64,000 nt of DNA, taken from the IMG/VR virus record IMGVR_UViG_3300042399_001709, positions 1-64,000 of that record; one strand, given 5' to 3'. Under the pieces are notes generated by a model that was not told the origin of the DNA, did not search any database, and saw nothing but the letters and a program-made list of their open reading frames with translations. Numbering within the stretch: position 1 is the stretch's first letter; the number at the start of each line of letters is the position of its first letter. Positions 37,395-47,705 of this stretch are shown here, piece after piece. This stretch comes from a virus. The position numbers were made by a program, and so were the translations under genes.

Positions 37395-40384
37395 TGTTTG
37401 ACAAGATTTCTAGCGGCAAGATTTACGGGAATACTGGGAATCAATTTTCTGCTATTGAGATTGACGGAGACGGCGTTCTTATTAGGAATGCTGCCGACGA
37501 GATAGACTCGTCTGGAAATCTTGTGTCGGCTGGCAGCGACGAGGTGCTTTCCGCTAGCCGATCTACCGGTACTACAATTAATGCCAGCTACATAAAAACA
37601 GGCGTGATTGACGCCAACCTTATGCGCGCCGGCCTTATCCAGACCGTCCCTTCCTGGAACACCAAGTGGTATGGGGCCCCAGAAGACCATGCCGCAGTGC
37701 AGATGGGCTTTACCGGCGGCTCAATTGCGGCAACTGCCGTCTCAACCGGCACTGGCACCGTTAGCCTTACGCTCCCTGGCGGGCATGGCCTAATCACCGG
37801 CGACTACGTCCGGGTATCCGGCCTGTACTTCACTACCGGCACCCTGCTAGGCGGCGTTGGCCTTAACCTACCGACCAATGGCCCACTTGACTACGCCGCA
37901 GCAACAGTCGCCACAAACACCCTGACCTACAGCAAGGCCGACATCACCAGCGGCCTCACTGCCTCTACCGCCTCCATTGTCTATGTTGGCAAGGCGCACA
38001 CAATCACTGGCGTTGTTCGCTCCTTTGACGAGCCTGAGAACCCAGCAGAGCTTAGCACTGTGGTCGTGACTACGAGCGCGGCACATGGCTTTTCCGTAGG
38101 AGAATATGTCGAGCTAGTAAATGTCGCCCCGACCATCGACGGCGTGGCATACATTACCGCAGTCACCAGCACCACCTTTACCTTTAAGCAGCGCTTTGGT
38201 GCGGACATTGAGCTTGACCTTGCGGAAGTTGACCCGGTGCTTCCGGACCTTGGCGCCCCAGTGGCCATCAAGGTGCTGAAGTCCTACACCCAGAATGCCG
38301 ACGGCTCTATTCACATTACCTCCGGCACGGTTGACTCCACGCTCATCGTCGGCGAGATTGCAGCCACAGAAATTACAATTGGCTCCGGAGAAGGAGTTGT
38401 GCGCGTTGGCAGCTACCCAGATGCTATCACCCCAACCTTCCAGGGAATTTGGGCAGGAAGTGCCAATCCGTCTACGGCTGAGTTCTCAGCCAATACATCC
38501 GGAGCCGTAACAGCAAGCAACCTCACGGTCACTGGTGGCAGCATCACCATTGGAGATTTTAGTCTTAGCACGGGCGGCCAACTGACTGATGACCTGGTGC
38601 TGCAGCAAACACGAATTACCAACGATAGCGGCGTAACCATTATTGACACGGATAGCGATGGGGAGAAATCAACGCTATTTGGCGGCGCTGCTTTAAGGGA
38701 AATACAAGCTGGCGTAGCAAATGGCTCATTTGCAGAACCTCCGCCAAGCCCGTATGCAAACGTTGGCGGCGCAAACAAGCTGCCGTATTGGACATTCACC
38801 GACGTGAATAGTGCTGGCGCAATTACCGCCGCGATTGTTGCGGATGCTGGAGCAGCGTCTGGAAATGTGCTGCGATTCACGGTCGCTAGTGGCACGCTGA
38901 CTGGTAAGAGCGCAACGCTGACGCGCTATGTGCCTGTCGCATCATCTGCATCTCGCTCCTTCTCGTTTTACGCTGAGGCAACCTTTGACAACGCCACCAA
39001 CAGCACCCAAGCCAATGCCAAACTAACTTGCGAGTTCTACAAGTCAGACGGAGTGACAGCAACAGGCACTCCCTTCGAGTCTCTCCTATACGGATTTAAT
39101 CTGCTGCAAACACCGACAGGAATTACTGCTCCAGATTTGTGGGAGACCAGCCCTGACCTTACAGATAGCACCGCCCCTGCCGATGCTGCATATCTGAAGG
39201 TCACTATCACTATTGCCACGGTTGCAACGCAGTCCGCGAATCGCGTTGTGGACTTGACAGAAGTTCGCGTTGGCAACGGCTTGCCGGAGTTGATCTTGAC
39301 CGACAAGAGCACACCAACAAACTTGCCTGCTTACATCATCAACGACAACAACGAACTCTCAATGTACAACGGCAGCCAAAGCGGATATGTCATTGTTGGA
39401 GACGAGACGCTTGTGGCTGGGGCTATCAGCGCGACGGTCACAAGCCTAGAAGACGTAATTATTGAGGGTTATGTTGCAACTTCAATCAATTCTGTAATTG
39501 GACCAGTCAACATTACTGCCGCAACAGCAGTCGACATTACTGCGCCAAGCGGTGTTGACGTCAGCAACAACCTAAACGTTGATGGAACAATCGGCGTTCT
39601 TGGCAGCATCAACATCGGTGTATCCGACACAAGCACGGTAGGAGACATTACCTTCAAGGGCGGCAACGGCGGCTCCATCCGTGCGTTCAGCGCGACGGCG
39701 GGAAACGATAGCCTAGGAATCTACAACACCGCAGGAACAGACTTCACCAACCTTGTCGCCGAAAGTTTTTTCCCAGGCGGGCAGGGATCATTCCGACTCA
39801 CGCATGACGGCAACTTCGACTTCAACGATACGGTCGACGTGACGGGAAGTATCACCGCTTCGTCCAGCATCGTCGGCTCAAGCTTCCAATCAACAGGTTC
39901 CTTGACGGCTCTGAACGCTTCAGGCGGTGGCGATATTACATTAACTGGAGCAGACACGAGCGTACCCATCAGCGGCAACGGCGAGCTGTTGGCGATTGCG
40001 AACACCACTACCGCAACAACGAACAGCGCACGATGGGTGCTGACCAGCGGCAGCACATACGCGCTGCGCCGCGACTCATCAACTCGCCGCGTAAAAACAA
40101 ATATTGTTCAGGCTGATTCAGCAGTGCTGGCGGCAGCTAAAAACCTGCGAGCGGTTCACTACGAAGCACTTGAAAAGGACAATGAGGGGAATGTGGTTCC
40201 GAGTGGCAAGCACACGCTTGGACTCATCGCCGAAGAAATCGCTGAGGCTGGGCTTGGCTGCGCCGTTACATATGATGGGGAAGGATTGCCGGACGGATAC
40301 GACGAGCGCGTCATTATCGCGGCCCTCCTACACCGGCTCAATGACCTTGAAGCGCGCCTCGCAGAACTCGAAGGCAATGCCTAA
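37394..40384 (+). CDS. Tail fibre/spike with C-terminal intramolecular chaperone (peptidase S74)
   Basis: SSTRRVKTNI...GLIAEEI...LEARLAELE; two more FCCH-like repeats. Confidence 0.85.
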   Translation: MFDKISSGKIYGNTGNQFSAIEIDGDGVLIRNAADEIDSSGNLVSAGSDEVLSASRSTGTTINASYIKTGVIDANLMRAGLIQTVPSWNTKWYGAPEDHAAVQMGFTGGSIAATAVSTGTGTVSLTLPGGHGLITGDYVRVSGLYFTTGTLLGGVGLNLPTNGPLDYAAATVATNTLTYSKADITSGLTASTASIVYVGKAHTITGVVRSFDEPENPAELSTVVVTTSAAHGFSVGEYVELVNVAPTIDGVAYITAVTSTTFTFKQRFGADIELDLAEVDPVLPDLGAPVAIKVLKSYTQNADGSIHITSGTVDSTLIVGEIAATEITIGSGEGVVRVGSYPDAITPTFQGIWAGSANPSTAEFSANTSGAVTASNLTVTGGSITIGDFSLSTGGQLTDDLVLQQTRITNDSGVTIIDTDSDGEKSTLFGGAALREIQAGVANGSFAEPPPSPYANVGGANKLPYWTFTDVNSAGAITAAIVADAGAASGNVLRFTVASGTLTGKSATLTRYVPVASSASRSFSFYAEATFDNATNSTQANAKLTCEFYKSDGVTATGTPFESLLYGFNLLQTPTGITAPDLWETSPDLTDSTAPADAAYLKVTITIATVATQSANRVVDLTEVRVGNGLPELILTDKSTPTNLPAYIINDNNELSMYNGSQSGYVIVGDETLVAGAISATVTSLEDVIIEGYVATSINSVIGPVNITAATAVDITAPSGVDVSNNLNVDGTIGVLGSINIGVSDTSTVGDITFKGGNGGSIRAFSATAGNDSLGIYNTAGTDFTNLVAESFFPGGQGSFRLTHDGNFDFNDTVDVTGSITASSSIVGSSFQSTGSLTALNASGGGDITLTGADTSVPISGNGELLAIANTTTATTNSARWVLTSGSTYALRRDSSTRRVKTNIVQADSAVLAAAKNLRAVHYEALEKDNEGNVVPSGKHTLGLIAEEIAEAGLGCAVTYDGEGLPDGYDERVIIAALLHRLNDLEARLAELEGNA

Positions 40385-40443
40385 CCTTGCCCTATTCCGT
40401 ATGATGTGCTAGCCGAGAGGCACATATATGAAAGGGGTACCCC

Positions 40444-41178
40444 ATGAAATTTAAGGTTAAGTCCCAGCTTGATCACGAGGAAAAAGGTGGGATTCTCGAC
40501 GATTGCGGCCCGTCTTCTATGGCTGCAGCAGTGTCTTGGGCGTTTAAGTACGCTCCGGGCAAAGATTTTTCCGCCGCAGACGGCATTGCCGCCAAGGCAA
40601 AGGCTACCGGCTTTGTTGAAAAGCAAGGCGTTAGCGATAACGGCTCAACGCTTGCGGACCTTATTAAGACCGCACGGGTTCTTGGTGCCGAAGCCCGCTG
40701 GGCAACGGACTGGAACGACGTCATCAACTCCGCCAAGGCCGGTGCGGCTCTAGGCGTGTGGGTTGAGCAGCCTGCCGGCTATCCTAAGGGCCTAGAAGTT
40801 TCCGCGTGGCATGCCAAGTGGCAGCGCTGGTGGTGGGTCAAGCAGAAGCAACCTACTCGAACGTACGGCCACATGACTGCGGCTGTCTACGACCCAATCG
40901 ATGGCTGGCAGTGGGCGTGCCCAACGCGCTCCGGCAAGGGTGCCGAGCAGTTTGGCGTCAAGATTGATGAGGCAACCCTCAAGATCCTTGCCGACTCAAA
41001 GCGCGTAAGCAAAAAGCACGTTGCACCACCGCATAAGCATGTTATTATCATTTCAGCACCAAAGGGTTGGGTCGCGCCTAAGCCTGCGGCAGCTCCTGTA
41101 GCCCCAGCGGCACCAGTAGCACCAGCGCCCGTAACGGCGCCCGTCAGTCCGGCAAAGTGCCCGACTTGCGGTAAGTAA
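40444..41178 (+). CDS. Putative endolysin, C39-like cysteine peptidase
   Basis: SQL...DDCGPSS (Cys), YGHM (His); directly upstream of the holin; Pro/Ala tail ending CPTCGK. Confidence 0.7.
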   Translation: MKFKVKSQLDHEEKGGILDDCGPSSMAAAVSWAFKYAPGKDFSAADGIAAKAKATGFVEKQGVSDNGSTLADLIKTARVLGAEARWATDWNDVINSAKAGAALGVWVEQPAGYPKGLEVSAWHAKWQRWWWVKQKQPTRTYGHMTAAVYDPIDGWQWACPTRSGKGAEQFGVKIDEATLKILADSKRVSKKHVAPPHKHVIIISAPKGWVAPKPAAAPVAPAAPVAPAPVTAPVSPAKCPTCGK

Positions 41179-41192
41179 TAGAAGGAGTACAC

Positions 41193-41588
41193 ATGAGCGC
41201 CATTAAGAACGCAGTTCTATGGATCATGGCTAACACGGGTATCGACGAGATGCTCCTGGAGGCCGCACGCGCCTTTATCGCAACGTCGATTGCCGTTGCG
41301 CTTGGTCTTGGCATCCCGCTGCTTGATATTTCAGGCGGGGATTTCCGAACCGTAGTATCGGCTGGTCTGGCCGCCTGCTTGCAGGTTGTCGTCCGCGCCC
41401 TGAACCCTGAAGATGCCAAGTTTGGCGTTGGCAAGGCAAAGGTCGCCCGAGCTGATGAGAAGGCTGCTGCCGAGAGCACGGCTCACATTACCGGTAGCGC
41501 AATTGACACTGACGGAGATGGAATCGCAGACGAGCTTGCTGGCAGCCTTGCCGGTGAGAACTTTGAGGATGACAGCCGCCAGGGATAA
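41193..41588 (+). CDS. Holin
   Basis: Two hydrophobic helices followed by RALNPEDAKFG. Confidence 0.78.
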   Translation: MSAIKNAVLWIMANTGIDEMLLEAARAFIATSIAVALGLGIPLLDISGGDFRTVVSAGLAACLQVVVRALNPEDAKFGVGKAKVARADEKAAAESTAHITGSAIDTDGDGIADELAGSLAGENFEDDSRQG

Positions 41589-41600
41589 TCGTTATAGGGT

Positions 41601-41646
41601 AAAATAAAAGAGGAGGGGCCCCGTGAGGCCCCTCCTCTTTTTATTT
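41601..41646. terminator. Bidirectional intrinsic terminator between convergent operons
   Basis: AAAATAAAAGAGGAGGGGCC-CCGTGA-GGCCCCTCCTCTTTTTATTT. Confidence 0.9.
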
Positions 41647-41658
41647 GCTAGAAATTAC

Positions 41659-41835
41659 TTAGTCGTCTTCGCGCCAGCGAAGCGGTCCGGTAACAAGCCA
41701 TGCACCGGAAAGGGCAAGCAGGATCGAGCCCACTACGTCGCGGGTCTCGCCCTCTGGAAGCACTGCCCAAGCAATGGCCAAGCCAAAGATTGTCCAGCCG
41801 CCAGCGATCACATCGTTGATTGCGTTTTTAAGCAT
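41659..41835 (-). CDS. Small two-helix membrane protein (58 aa, absent from the ORF track)
   Basis: MLKNAINDVIAGGWTIFGLAIAWAVLPEGETRDVVGSILLALSGAWLVTGPLRWREDD; GGGAG RBS. Confidence 0.7.
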   Translation of the reverse strand: MLKNAINDVIAGGWTIFGLAIAWAVLPEGETRDVVGSILLALSGAWLVTGPLRWREDD

Positions 41836-41837
41836 GT

Positions 41838-43301
41838 TTAGTTTCTCCCTCTTTTTCCATTAGAAGACGAGCCACTTGCGCCGCCTCCACCTGAACTACC
41901 CGCGCTTGCGGCCGCCGCAGCTGCGGCTGCAGCTTGGGCTACTTGTGTCACCACGACAGCTGCAACCACGACTGGCGCAGCCTTCTCCCTCTCCTCTGAG
42001 CTGAGATCCTTGCCGAGATTGGTAACCGCAGTGACGGCTTTACCGACGTTTTCTACAGTATCACCGATAGTGCTGGCAATAGCTTCCGCAGCTTCTCCGA
42101 TTGCCTCGCTTACTGCCTCTACTGCAGCGCCCGGATCAATTGGTCCAGGTGTGTCAGTAGGTACAGGGCTGGGATCAACAGAAGGGGCAGGAGAGTCCGT
42201 AGGGGTGGCCGTCGGTTCGGGTGTTGGCTCGGGTGTTGGTTCATTGGTTACCTCCGGGCTAGGGCTGGGACGCGGGGTCGGGGACGGCGTCACAGAAGGC
42301 TCTGGCGTGGGTGTAGGAGCCACGCTAGGGCTTGGTGTTGGTGGTTCTGGTGTCGGCGTAGGGGTTGGCGTAGGCGTTGGCTCTGGGGTCGGCGTTGGGG
42401 TTGGCTCAGGTGTAGGGCTCGGGCTTGGCGGTGGCGGGGCCGGAACAAACACGGAAACCGTTGTTGAGATGGGGGAATAAATGCCTAGCGTGTCGTTGTC
42501 AGCCCTGATCCAAAATGTGTAGGTTTGATCAGTGCCGCCGGTAATGGCAAAGACGTTGCTGCTAATGCCCATATTGGTTTCGCTGGAAGCGGCAGCCCAG
42601 CCCGCAAGGTCCCCGGTGGTCCAGAACACTCCGTACCGCTCAATGTCGGTGCCGCTTGCTTCTGGAGCATTCCACGTCAGATAAACATTCCCATCGGTGT
42701 AAACGGTCACCATAAGACCGGTTGGCGCGTTCAAATACGGGTCAGGTACCGGGGTAGGGGTTGGCTCCGGAGTCGGGGTTGGCGTTGGCTCCGGAGTTGG
42801 CGTTGGTGTGGGGGTGGGGGTGGGCTGCGGGGTTGGCGTCCATGTTGCTGATGGTGTTCCCGGCGCAAGCTCGGCTGCAAAGTTGCTGATTAGGTAGTAG
42901 TGGTTGCCACCAAAACGGTCGGCCGCTGGGTCGCCGCAGCAGACGCCAGCACGGACTCGATACTCGCCAGCGGGCAGGGAGATGCGAATTGTTGAAGCAA
43001 GAGAGTAGCCGCCAGTGTGCTCGGTAAACGAGTCATCGTTGGCAGTAAGGAGCGTTCCAGTGCCGTCATAAAGCCAGAGCATTGAGTCAACTGTTCCGGG
43101 GCACCAGGGTGCAGTGGTGTCGTCGCACAAGTCGGTCCACAGGTGAAGCTCGCCCTGCTCTGGAAGATTAATCCAGAAATCTTGCGTTCGGTCGACATAG
43201 TTGTTTTGACTTCCAGATGCCGGGCCGGCAACCAGGCCATATGCAAGCGTCGCCAAGATAAGCCACAAAGTGGCGATGGTGGTCATTAGCTTAGTGTTCA
43301 T
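41838..43301 (-). CDS. Exported Pro/Thr-rich protein with PPC-like and Fn3 domains
   Basis: N-terminal signal peptide; [19 protein letters not shown]...LPAGEYRV; LNAPTGL...LTWNAP; long PT repeats; hydrophobic C-terminal helix. Confidence 0.8.
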   Translation of the reverse strand: MNTKLMTTIATLWLILATLAYGLVAGPASGSQNNYVDRTQDFWINLPEQGELHLWTDLCDDTTAPWCPGTVDSMLWLYDGTGTLLTANDDSFTEHTGGYSLASTIRISLPAGEYRVRAGVCCGDPAADRFGGNHYYLISNFAAELAPGTPSATWTPTPQPTPTPTPTPTPEPTPTPTPEPTPTPVPDPYLNAPTGLMVTVYTDGNVYLTWNAPEASGTDIERYGVFWTTGDLAGWAAASSETNMGISSNVFAITGGTDQTYTFWIRADNDTLGIYSPISTTVSVFVPAPPPPSPSPTPEPTPTPTPEPTPTPTPTPTPEPPTPSPSVAPTPTPEPSVTPSPTPRPSPSPEVTNEPTPEPTPEPTATPTDSPAPSVDPSPVPTDTPGPIDPGAAVEAVSEAIGEAAEAIASTIGDTVENVGKAVTAVTNLGKDLSSEEREKAAPVVVAAVVVTQVAQAAAAAAAAASAGSSGGGGASGSSSNGKRGRN

Positions 43302-43483
43302 TTTGCCTGCCCTGACATCCAGGCCATAAGGCCGCTAATGCCGGTTAGCCCAAGAATGCCAAGGACAAACTTGGCAAGTCGATATGCGCCACGAGTCTCT
43401 GCCATTTCAACGCGCATAGCAGTGATCTCTTCTTCAATTTTTTCAAGACGCTGGAGAATTTGTTGGGATTGGTTGGCAGTCAC
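43298..43483 (-). CDS. Small coiled-coil plus transmembrane protein (XhlA/holin-like)
   Basis: [12 protein letters not shown] followed by a hydrophobic C-terminus; GAGG RBS. Confidence 0.65.
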   Translation of the reverse strand: MTANQSQQILQRLEKIEEEITAMRVEMAETRGAYRLAKFVLGILGLTGISGLMAWMSGQAK

Positions 43484-43557
43484 ATCTGTACCTCAAACAT
43501 TTAGCGCAAGCAGGGGTTGACGTACACAATATACATAATGAAAACGTAACGAACAAC

Positions 43558-43596
43558 AAATAAAAAGTCTGCCGGCAAAAACCGACAGACTCTTTA
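43558..43596 (-). terminator. Intrinsic terminator
   Basis: Minus strand AGTCTGTCGG-TTTTTG-CCGGCAGACT-TTTTATTT. Confidence 0.75.
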
Positions 43597-43615
43597 ATAC
43601 AAAACGATGAACTAA

Positions 43616-43792
43616 TTAATCGCTGATGCTGTTAAAGCTCACCGTTGTTGTTGGATGAACATGTTCTTCTGGCTTTGGAAGAGCTGCGACTTGCTTCTGC
43701 AGCTGCTCGATCTGCGCGCGCAAGATATCGTTTTCTAGCGTGAGCGCGCCAATCTTGTAAATCAACTGCTCGGTTGTGATTCGCTGGTCCAT
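43616..43792 (-). CDS. Small coiled-coil protein
   Basis: MDQRITTEQLIYKIGALTLENDILRAQIEQLQKQ; AAGGAG RBS. Confidence 0.65.
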   Translation of the reverse strand: MDQRITTEQLIYKIGALTLENDILRAQIEQLQKQVAALPKPEEHVHPTTTVSFNSISD

Positions 43793-43805
43793 AATTACTC
43801 CTTTA

Positions 43806-43946
43806 CTATTCTGGCTTTGCATACACTGTGTTGCAACCGCCGCACTCTGCTTCGTTTTCAGAAATAGGAAAACTGATTCCAGCAAGTTCGCAGCCATCCG
43901 TAGAGCAATTTACGTACCAGAAATTGATCTCAACAGCTTCACTCAT
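43806..43946 (-). CDS. 46-aa zinc-ribbon-like protein (absent from the ORF track)
   Basis: MSEAVEINFWYVNCSTDGC...ECGGCNTVYAKPE; AGGAGAG RBS. Confidence 0.6.
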   Translation of the reverse strand: MSEAVEINFWYVNCSTDGCELAGISFPISENEAECGGCNTVYAKPE

Positions 43947-43955
43947 ATTCTCTCC

Positions 43956-44486
43956 TTAGGCGCTCATGTTGCCCATATAGACTACCGAGCATCCAGAAAT
44001 CCTTGATCCACCAATGGTCTTGGATGACGATGAGGCGGATACCCGGAAAATCAATGCGTCTGCTGCGGTTAGGTACTGAATTGTAGAGATTGCTGGGGTG
44101 TCGTTGTTAGTGTTTGCCTGTGCCTGGGTTTCATTCCTTGCAACCACGGTTCCGTTTACCAAGACATATAGCCTGAATGCAAAACCAGTACCAAGACCGC
44201 CGCCGCTGGCCAGATGGCAGGTGATGCTGTACCAGCCGGTCAATGGGATGGTAATTGTTGACCCAGAGGACCAGTATGCATAGAGGGCAGTGTTCTTTAC
44301 GGCGCTAGACCAGGTAATTGCCGTTGCAGATGCGTCAGTAGATGTGTTTACGGTTAGAGTTGTTGTTCTCTGAAGGGTAATTCCATGAACCAAATCGGTT
44401 GTGACCCCGTCTCCAGTAATTGCGCCAGCAACCGTTAGGTCGTCCGTTGTTGCCGGGAGCACAAGGTCGCTAAGAATTCTTACCAT
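43956..44486 (-). CDS. Fibre tip / C1q-like beta-sandwich protein
   Basis: ITIPLTGWYSI...YLTAADALIF pattern. Confidence 0.65.
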   Translation of the reverse strand: MVRILSDLVLPATTDDLTVAGAITGDGVTTDLVHGITLQRTTTLTVNTSTDASATAITWSSAVKNTALYAYWSSGSTITIPLTGWYSITCHLASGGGLGTGFAFRLYVLVNGTVVARNETQAQANTNNDTPAISTIQYLTAADALIFRVSASSSSKTIGGSRISGCSVVYMGNMSA

Positions 44487-44495
44487 GGGGGTATC

Positions 44496-46271
44496 TTACC
44501 CTAGAACGACGACTCGGTATGTCCCGGCCAGGCTGATTGTGACGGTCAGGGTGTTTGTGGTTGCTGTTACCACGTCACAGAGCACCGCAGCATCGCCAGA
44601 ATCGTACACGGAAACAACCACTGCCTTCGTCCCAAGGCTGTGGGTGACCGTCTTGGCCTCTCCGGCCGTCCAGGTAGCGCTGGTGTTATAGCGGAGTGCT
44701 CCACCGTAGGTTGAGGCAATAGCAGTGCCCTGCCAGGTGCCAGCAGAGATTGTGCCGACGGTTGTAATGCTGTCATCGCCGCTGTATGTTCCGCCAGCTA
44801 CTGCGGCCAGGGTTGCGTTGTATGCCTGAACGTCCGTGCCAATCGCAAGTCCAAGGGCCGTGCGGGCATCGCCAGCGCTGGTCGAACCAGTACCACCGCT
44901 TGCAATAGCAATCGCGGTGCCGTTCCACACGCCGGTGGCGATTGTGCCAACCGAGGTCAGGCTTGATCCGGTGACTCCGCTGCCAAGGGTTGTTGCATTG
45001 AGGACGCTTGTTCCAGCAATCTTGTAGGCCTTGCCAGTAAGAAGGTTAAAGTCTTCTGACGAGGTCCATGCGTCTGTTGCGTCAACCCAGTTAAGCGTCT
45101 TGTCGGTGGTGCCTTTAAGAGTAATACCGCCGCCATCAGCGGTTGCGTCACTTGGCGTGGCTACCGATCCAAGCTCAATGTTCTTGTCGTCTACCGTGAG
45201 GGTAGTTGAGTTGATGGTGGTGGTTGTTCCGTTGACCGTCAGGTCACCAGAAAGCACAAGGCTTGTACCAGTTGCTGCGCCAATGTTTGGCGTGACAAGG
45301 GTTGGCGTGTTCGCGAATACAAGTGCGCCACTGCCTGTCTCGTCAGAGATAACGCCAGCAAGTTCTGAGGATGACGTTGCGGCAAAAGCGCTAAGCTTGT
45401 TTCCAGTAAGCGCAACCGTGCCAGAAGCATCTGGAAGGTTAATTGACCTGTCGGCAGTTGGATCAACAACATTAAGGAACGTTTCGAAGTCGTTAGCCGT
45501 TGTTCCTTCGAAATAAATTCCGTGCGTTTCTGGAAGGTAGATACCGTGAATTGTCGGCGTCTGCCCTGTGGCAGTGATGGTTGCGCCGTTAAGTGTTGGC
45601 GTATTGGCAAAGACTAGGGCGCCGCTTCCGGTTTCTCCCGTTACAGCGCTGGCAAGATTTGCAGACGATGGGGTTGCAAGGAAATCTGCAACACCAGTTC
45701 CCAGGCCAGAGACGCCCGTGCTGATCGGAAGGCCGCTTGCATTTGTAAGGGTGGCGCTTGATGGCGTCCCAAGTGCGGGAGTAACAAGCGTTGGGCTGTT
45801 GGCAAACACCAGAGCGCCTGTGCCGGTCTCGTCAGAGATAACGCCAGCAAGCTCGGCAGAAGAGGTTGCCGCAAAATCACCTAGCTTGTTTGAGGTGCTT
45901 GCCTTGCTTGCGGCCAGGTCGTAAGCAGACTTGACGGACGCTGGGACAGCGGCCGTAGTCGTTGAGGTGCTGGAGGTGGAGTTTTCAAGCTGTACGGCAC
46001 CCTTTTGGCTGGTCGTGCCGTCCTGGATAGTAATGTTTGGCGTATTGCCGCCGGAAGAGGCGAGCGGGCTGGAGGCGGTTACAGAGGTAACGGTGCCACC
46101 GCCAGTTGCAAGCGTGACCCACGCAGCTCCGTCATAAACCTTGATGGCGTCAGAGACGGTGTTGTAATAAATCTGACCCTGAACTGGCGATGCCGGGTCG
46201 GTGGCAAGGTTCTGTAGCGTGGCGTTCTGCAGCTCATTTTTCTGAAGGTCAAGATTGGTTAAGAACTTCAT
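44496..46271 (-). CDS. Tail/auxiliary fibre protein with internal repeats
   Basis: Three copies of (FAAT)SSAELAGVISDETGxGALVFANxPTL; LTVNGTTTTINSTTLTVDDKNIEL. Confidence 0.8.
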   Translation of the reverse strand: MKFLTNLDLQKNELQNATLQNLATDPASPVQGQIYYNTVSDAIKVYDGAAWVTLATGGGTVTSVTASSPLASSGGNTPNITIQDGTTSQKGAVQLENSTSSTSTTTAAVPASVKSAYDLAASKASTSNKLGDFAATSSAELAGVISDETGTGALVFANSPTLVTPALGTPSSATLTNASGLPISTGVSGLGTGVADFLATPSSANLASAVTGETGSGALVFANTPTLNGATITATGQTPTIHGIYLPETHGIYFEGTTANDFETFLNVVDPTADRSINLPDASGTVALTGNKLSAFAATSSSELAGVISDETGSGALVFANTPTLVTPNIGAATGTSLVLSGDLTVNGTTTTINSTTLTVDDKNIELGSVATPSDATADGGGITLKGTTDKTLNWVDATDAWTSSEDFNLLTGKAYKIAGTSVLNATTLGSGVTGSSLTSVGTIATGVWNGTAIAIASGGTGSTSAGDARTALGLAIGTDVQAYNATLAAVAGGTYSGDDSITTVGTISAGTWQGTAIASTYGGALRYNTSATWTAGEAKTVTHSLGTKAVVVSVYDSGDAAVLCDVVTATTNTLTVTISLAGTYRVVVLG

Positions 46272-46280
46272 GCTTCCCCC

Positions 46281-46733
46281 TTAGTTTAGGTATGCCTTAC
46301 CGCCAAAGGCGGCAACGAACGTAAGCCGCAGGCTGTTGCTGTCAAGATACTCAATGTTGCCGTAAACGACACTACCAGCTGAATCTACAACCATGACAGA
46401 CGGAAAACAATTCAAATTGTGCGTAACGCTCCAGGTAGACGAGGCAGTGTTTTGGCTGTGCGTATAGGTGGTGTGAGAAGCTCCGGTTCCCTGCGGACCT
46501 TGCGGTCCGGTTGCGCCCTGTGCGCCCTGTGGGCCCTGCGGGCCCTGTGGGCCGTCTGATCCAACAAAGCCATCATCGCCTTTTGGTCCCTGCAGCCCAA
46601 GGGTTCCTACCGTGACGCTATTGGTTGTCTGGTTGGCCGTAATTGAATTTGTTGACGGAGATACGGTAACAGTATTATCTGTAGCCGCTGTAATCGTTAA
46701 ATTTATGTCTACTACGTCGACGTCTGGGCTCAT
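46281..46733 (-). CDS. Collagen-like fibre protein
   Basis: G-X-Y repeats ([13 protein letters not shown]) and the [13 protein letters not shown] domain. Confidence 0.8.
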   Translation of the reverse strand: MSPDVDVVDINLTITAATDNTVTVSPSTNSITANQTTNSVTVGTLGLQGPKGDDGFVGSDGPQGPQGPQGAQGATGPQGPQGTGASHTTYTHSQNTASSTWSVTHNLNCFPSVMVVDSAGSVVYGNIEYLDSNSLRLTFVAAFGGKAYLN

Positions 46734-47077
46734 CTCGTTACTTCTCCGGTGACAATAAAGTCTCCGGAGATAAGCCTGACAACGACACCGGCTCCAGAGA
46801 TAAGCTCAAGATCGTAAACGTAATTGCCTGCCGGTACCGAGGCAAGCGTCGCGGCAGAGATGGCAATCGCAACCGTTCCAGCAGCCCCACCAAGCGTGAT
46901 GCCAGAGGCATTAGTCAGCGACAAATACGGAGTTTCAGAGCCAAGGGTCTTCCGCACCTGCATCCTGGCGGTATAGCCAGTAATGTTAATCAGCACGTTT
47001 GAGCTGTCCCTATAGGTCAGCGTAGCGTTGTAGTTTGCTCCCTGTTCAGCGGTGATGTCGTACACAGAACTTGCCAT
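46730..47077 (-). CDS. BppU-N-like fibre attachment protein
   Basis: EQGA.......[13 protein letters not shown]...YVYDLEL...RLISG. Confidence 0.75.
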   Translation of the reverse strand: MASSVYDITAEQGANYNATLTYRDSSNVLINITGYTARMQVRKTLGSETPYLSLTNASGITLGGAAGTVAIAISAATLASVPAGNYVYDLELISGAGVVVRLISGDFIVTGEVTR

Positions 47078-47107
47078 GGTATATCCTATTGTTACACGAT
47101 AACCGGA

Positions 47108-47449
47108 TTAGCCGGTAAGGCCAGACCGCAGCCTTTTGAGGTTTTCAACTGCATTTTCGAACGCCTTGACCTGGTTGTCAATAGCTTCCAGCAATTTCTT
47201 ATTGGCAACCTGCACCCCAAGCATGGCCGTTGCCTCTTCTTGCTCCATTTGCATGAGGCGGGCACGGATCTTGTTATATGCTTTACTGCGTCTTGGCACG
47301 CCTGAGGAGGCGTAGCACCGCATTGTCTCTGCGGTTAGGCCAAATACCGGCCCAGCAGCCGCGCAGGCGTCCTTAATAGACTTAAATTGCGGGTAGTCGC
47401 GTGCCAGCATACGCTGTAGGTCCCCGCCGTCAATCGGAACTCGATGCAT
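47108..47449 (-). CDS. Hypothetical protein, HTH-like with coiled coil
   Basis: GAGG RBS before the ATG at 47449. Confidence 0.55.
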   Translation of the reverse strand: MHRVPIDGGDLQRMLARDYPQFKSIKDACAAAGPVFGLTAETMRCYASSGVPRRSKAYNKIRARLMQMEQEEATAMLGVQVANKKLLEAIDNQVKAFENAVENLKRLRSGLTG

Positions 47450-47456
47450 AGCCACC

Positions 47457-47693
47457 TCAATAATAGTCGGAACAGGAGGCAAAATAGCCACATTCACAAA
47501 TAAGCTTGCACTTAAACTCTTGCATTCTTGCTCCACAGTTGGCGCATTGCAGCACTACAAGCTCAGAAGCCGTGTCGCAAGGATAGCAAAGTTCGGGCTC
47601 CGCTGCATGGTTTTGACAGCGTTTAAACGTAGTTTTACATAGCCTGCATGTACGTTCATTAGAAATCTCGCAGGTGTCGCAGATACTGATCAT
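47457..47693 (-). CDS. Cys-rich multi-zinc-finger protein
   Basis: CDTC, CRLC, CQNH, CYPC, CANC, CKLICECGY..CSD. Confidence 0.7.
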   Translation of the reverse strand: MISICDTCEISNERTCRLCKTTFKRCQNHAAEPELCYPCDTASELVVLQCANCGARMQEFKCKLICECGYFASCSDYY

Positions 47694-47705
47694 GCAGATT
47701 TCCTT

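Noticed and set aside
42200-42845. GGTGT/GGCGT-rich repeats as a regulatory array
   Set aside because: They encode the Pro-Thr linkers of 41838..43301 and are degenerate at third positions.
45290-45890. Direct repeats in the fibre gene as a DGR template/variable pair
   Set aside because: Differences are mostly synonymous rather than adenine-specific, the copies lie in frame inside one gene, and there is no RT.
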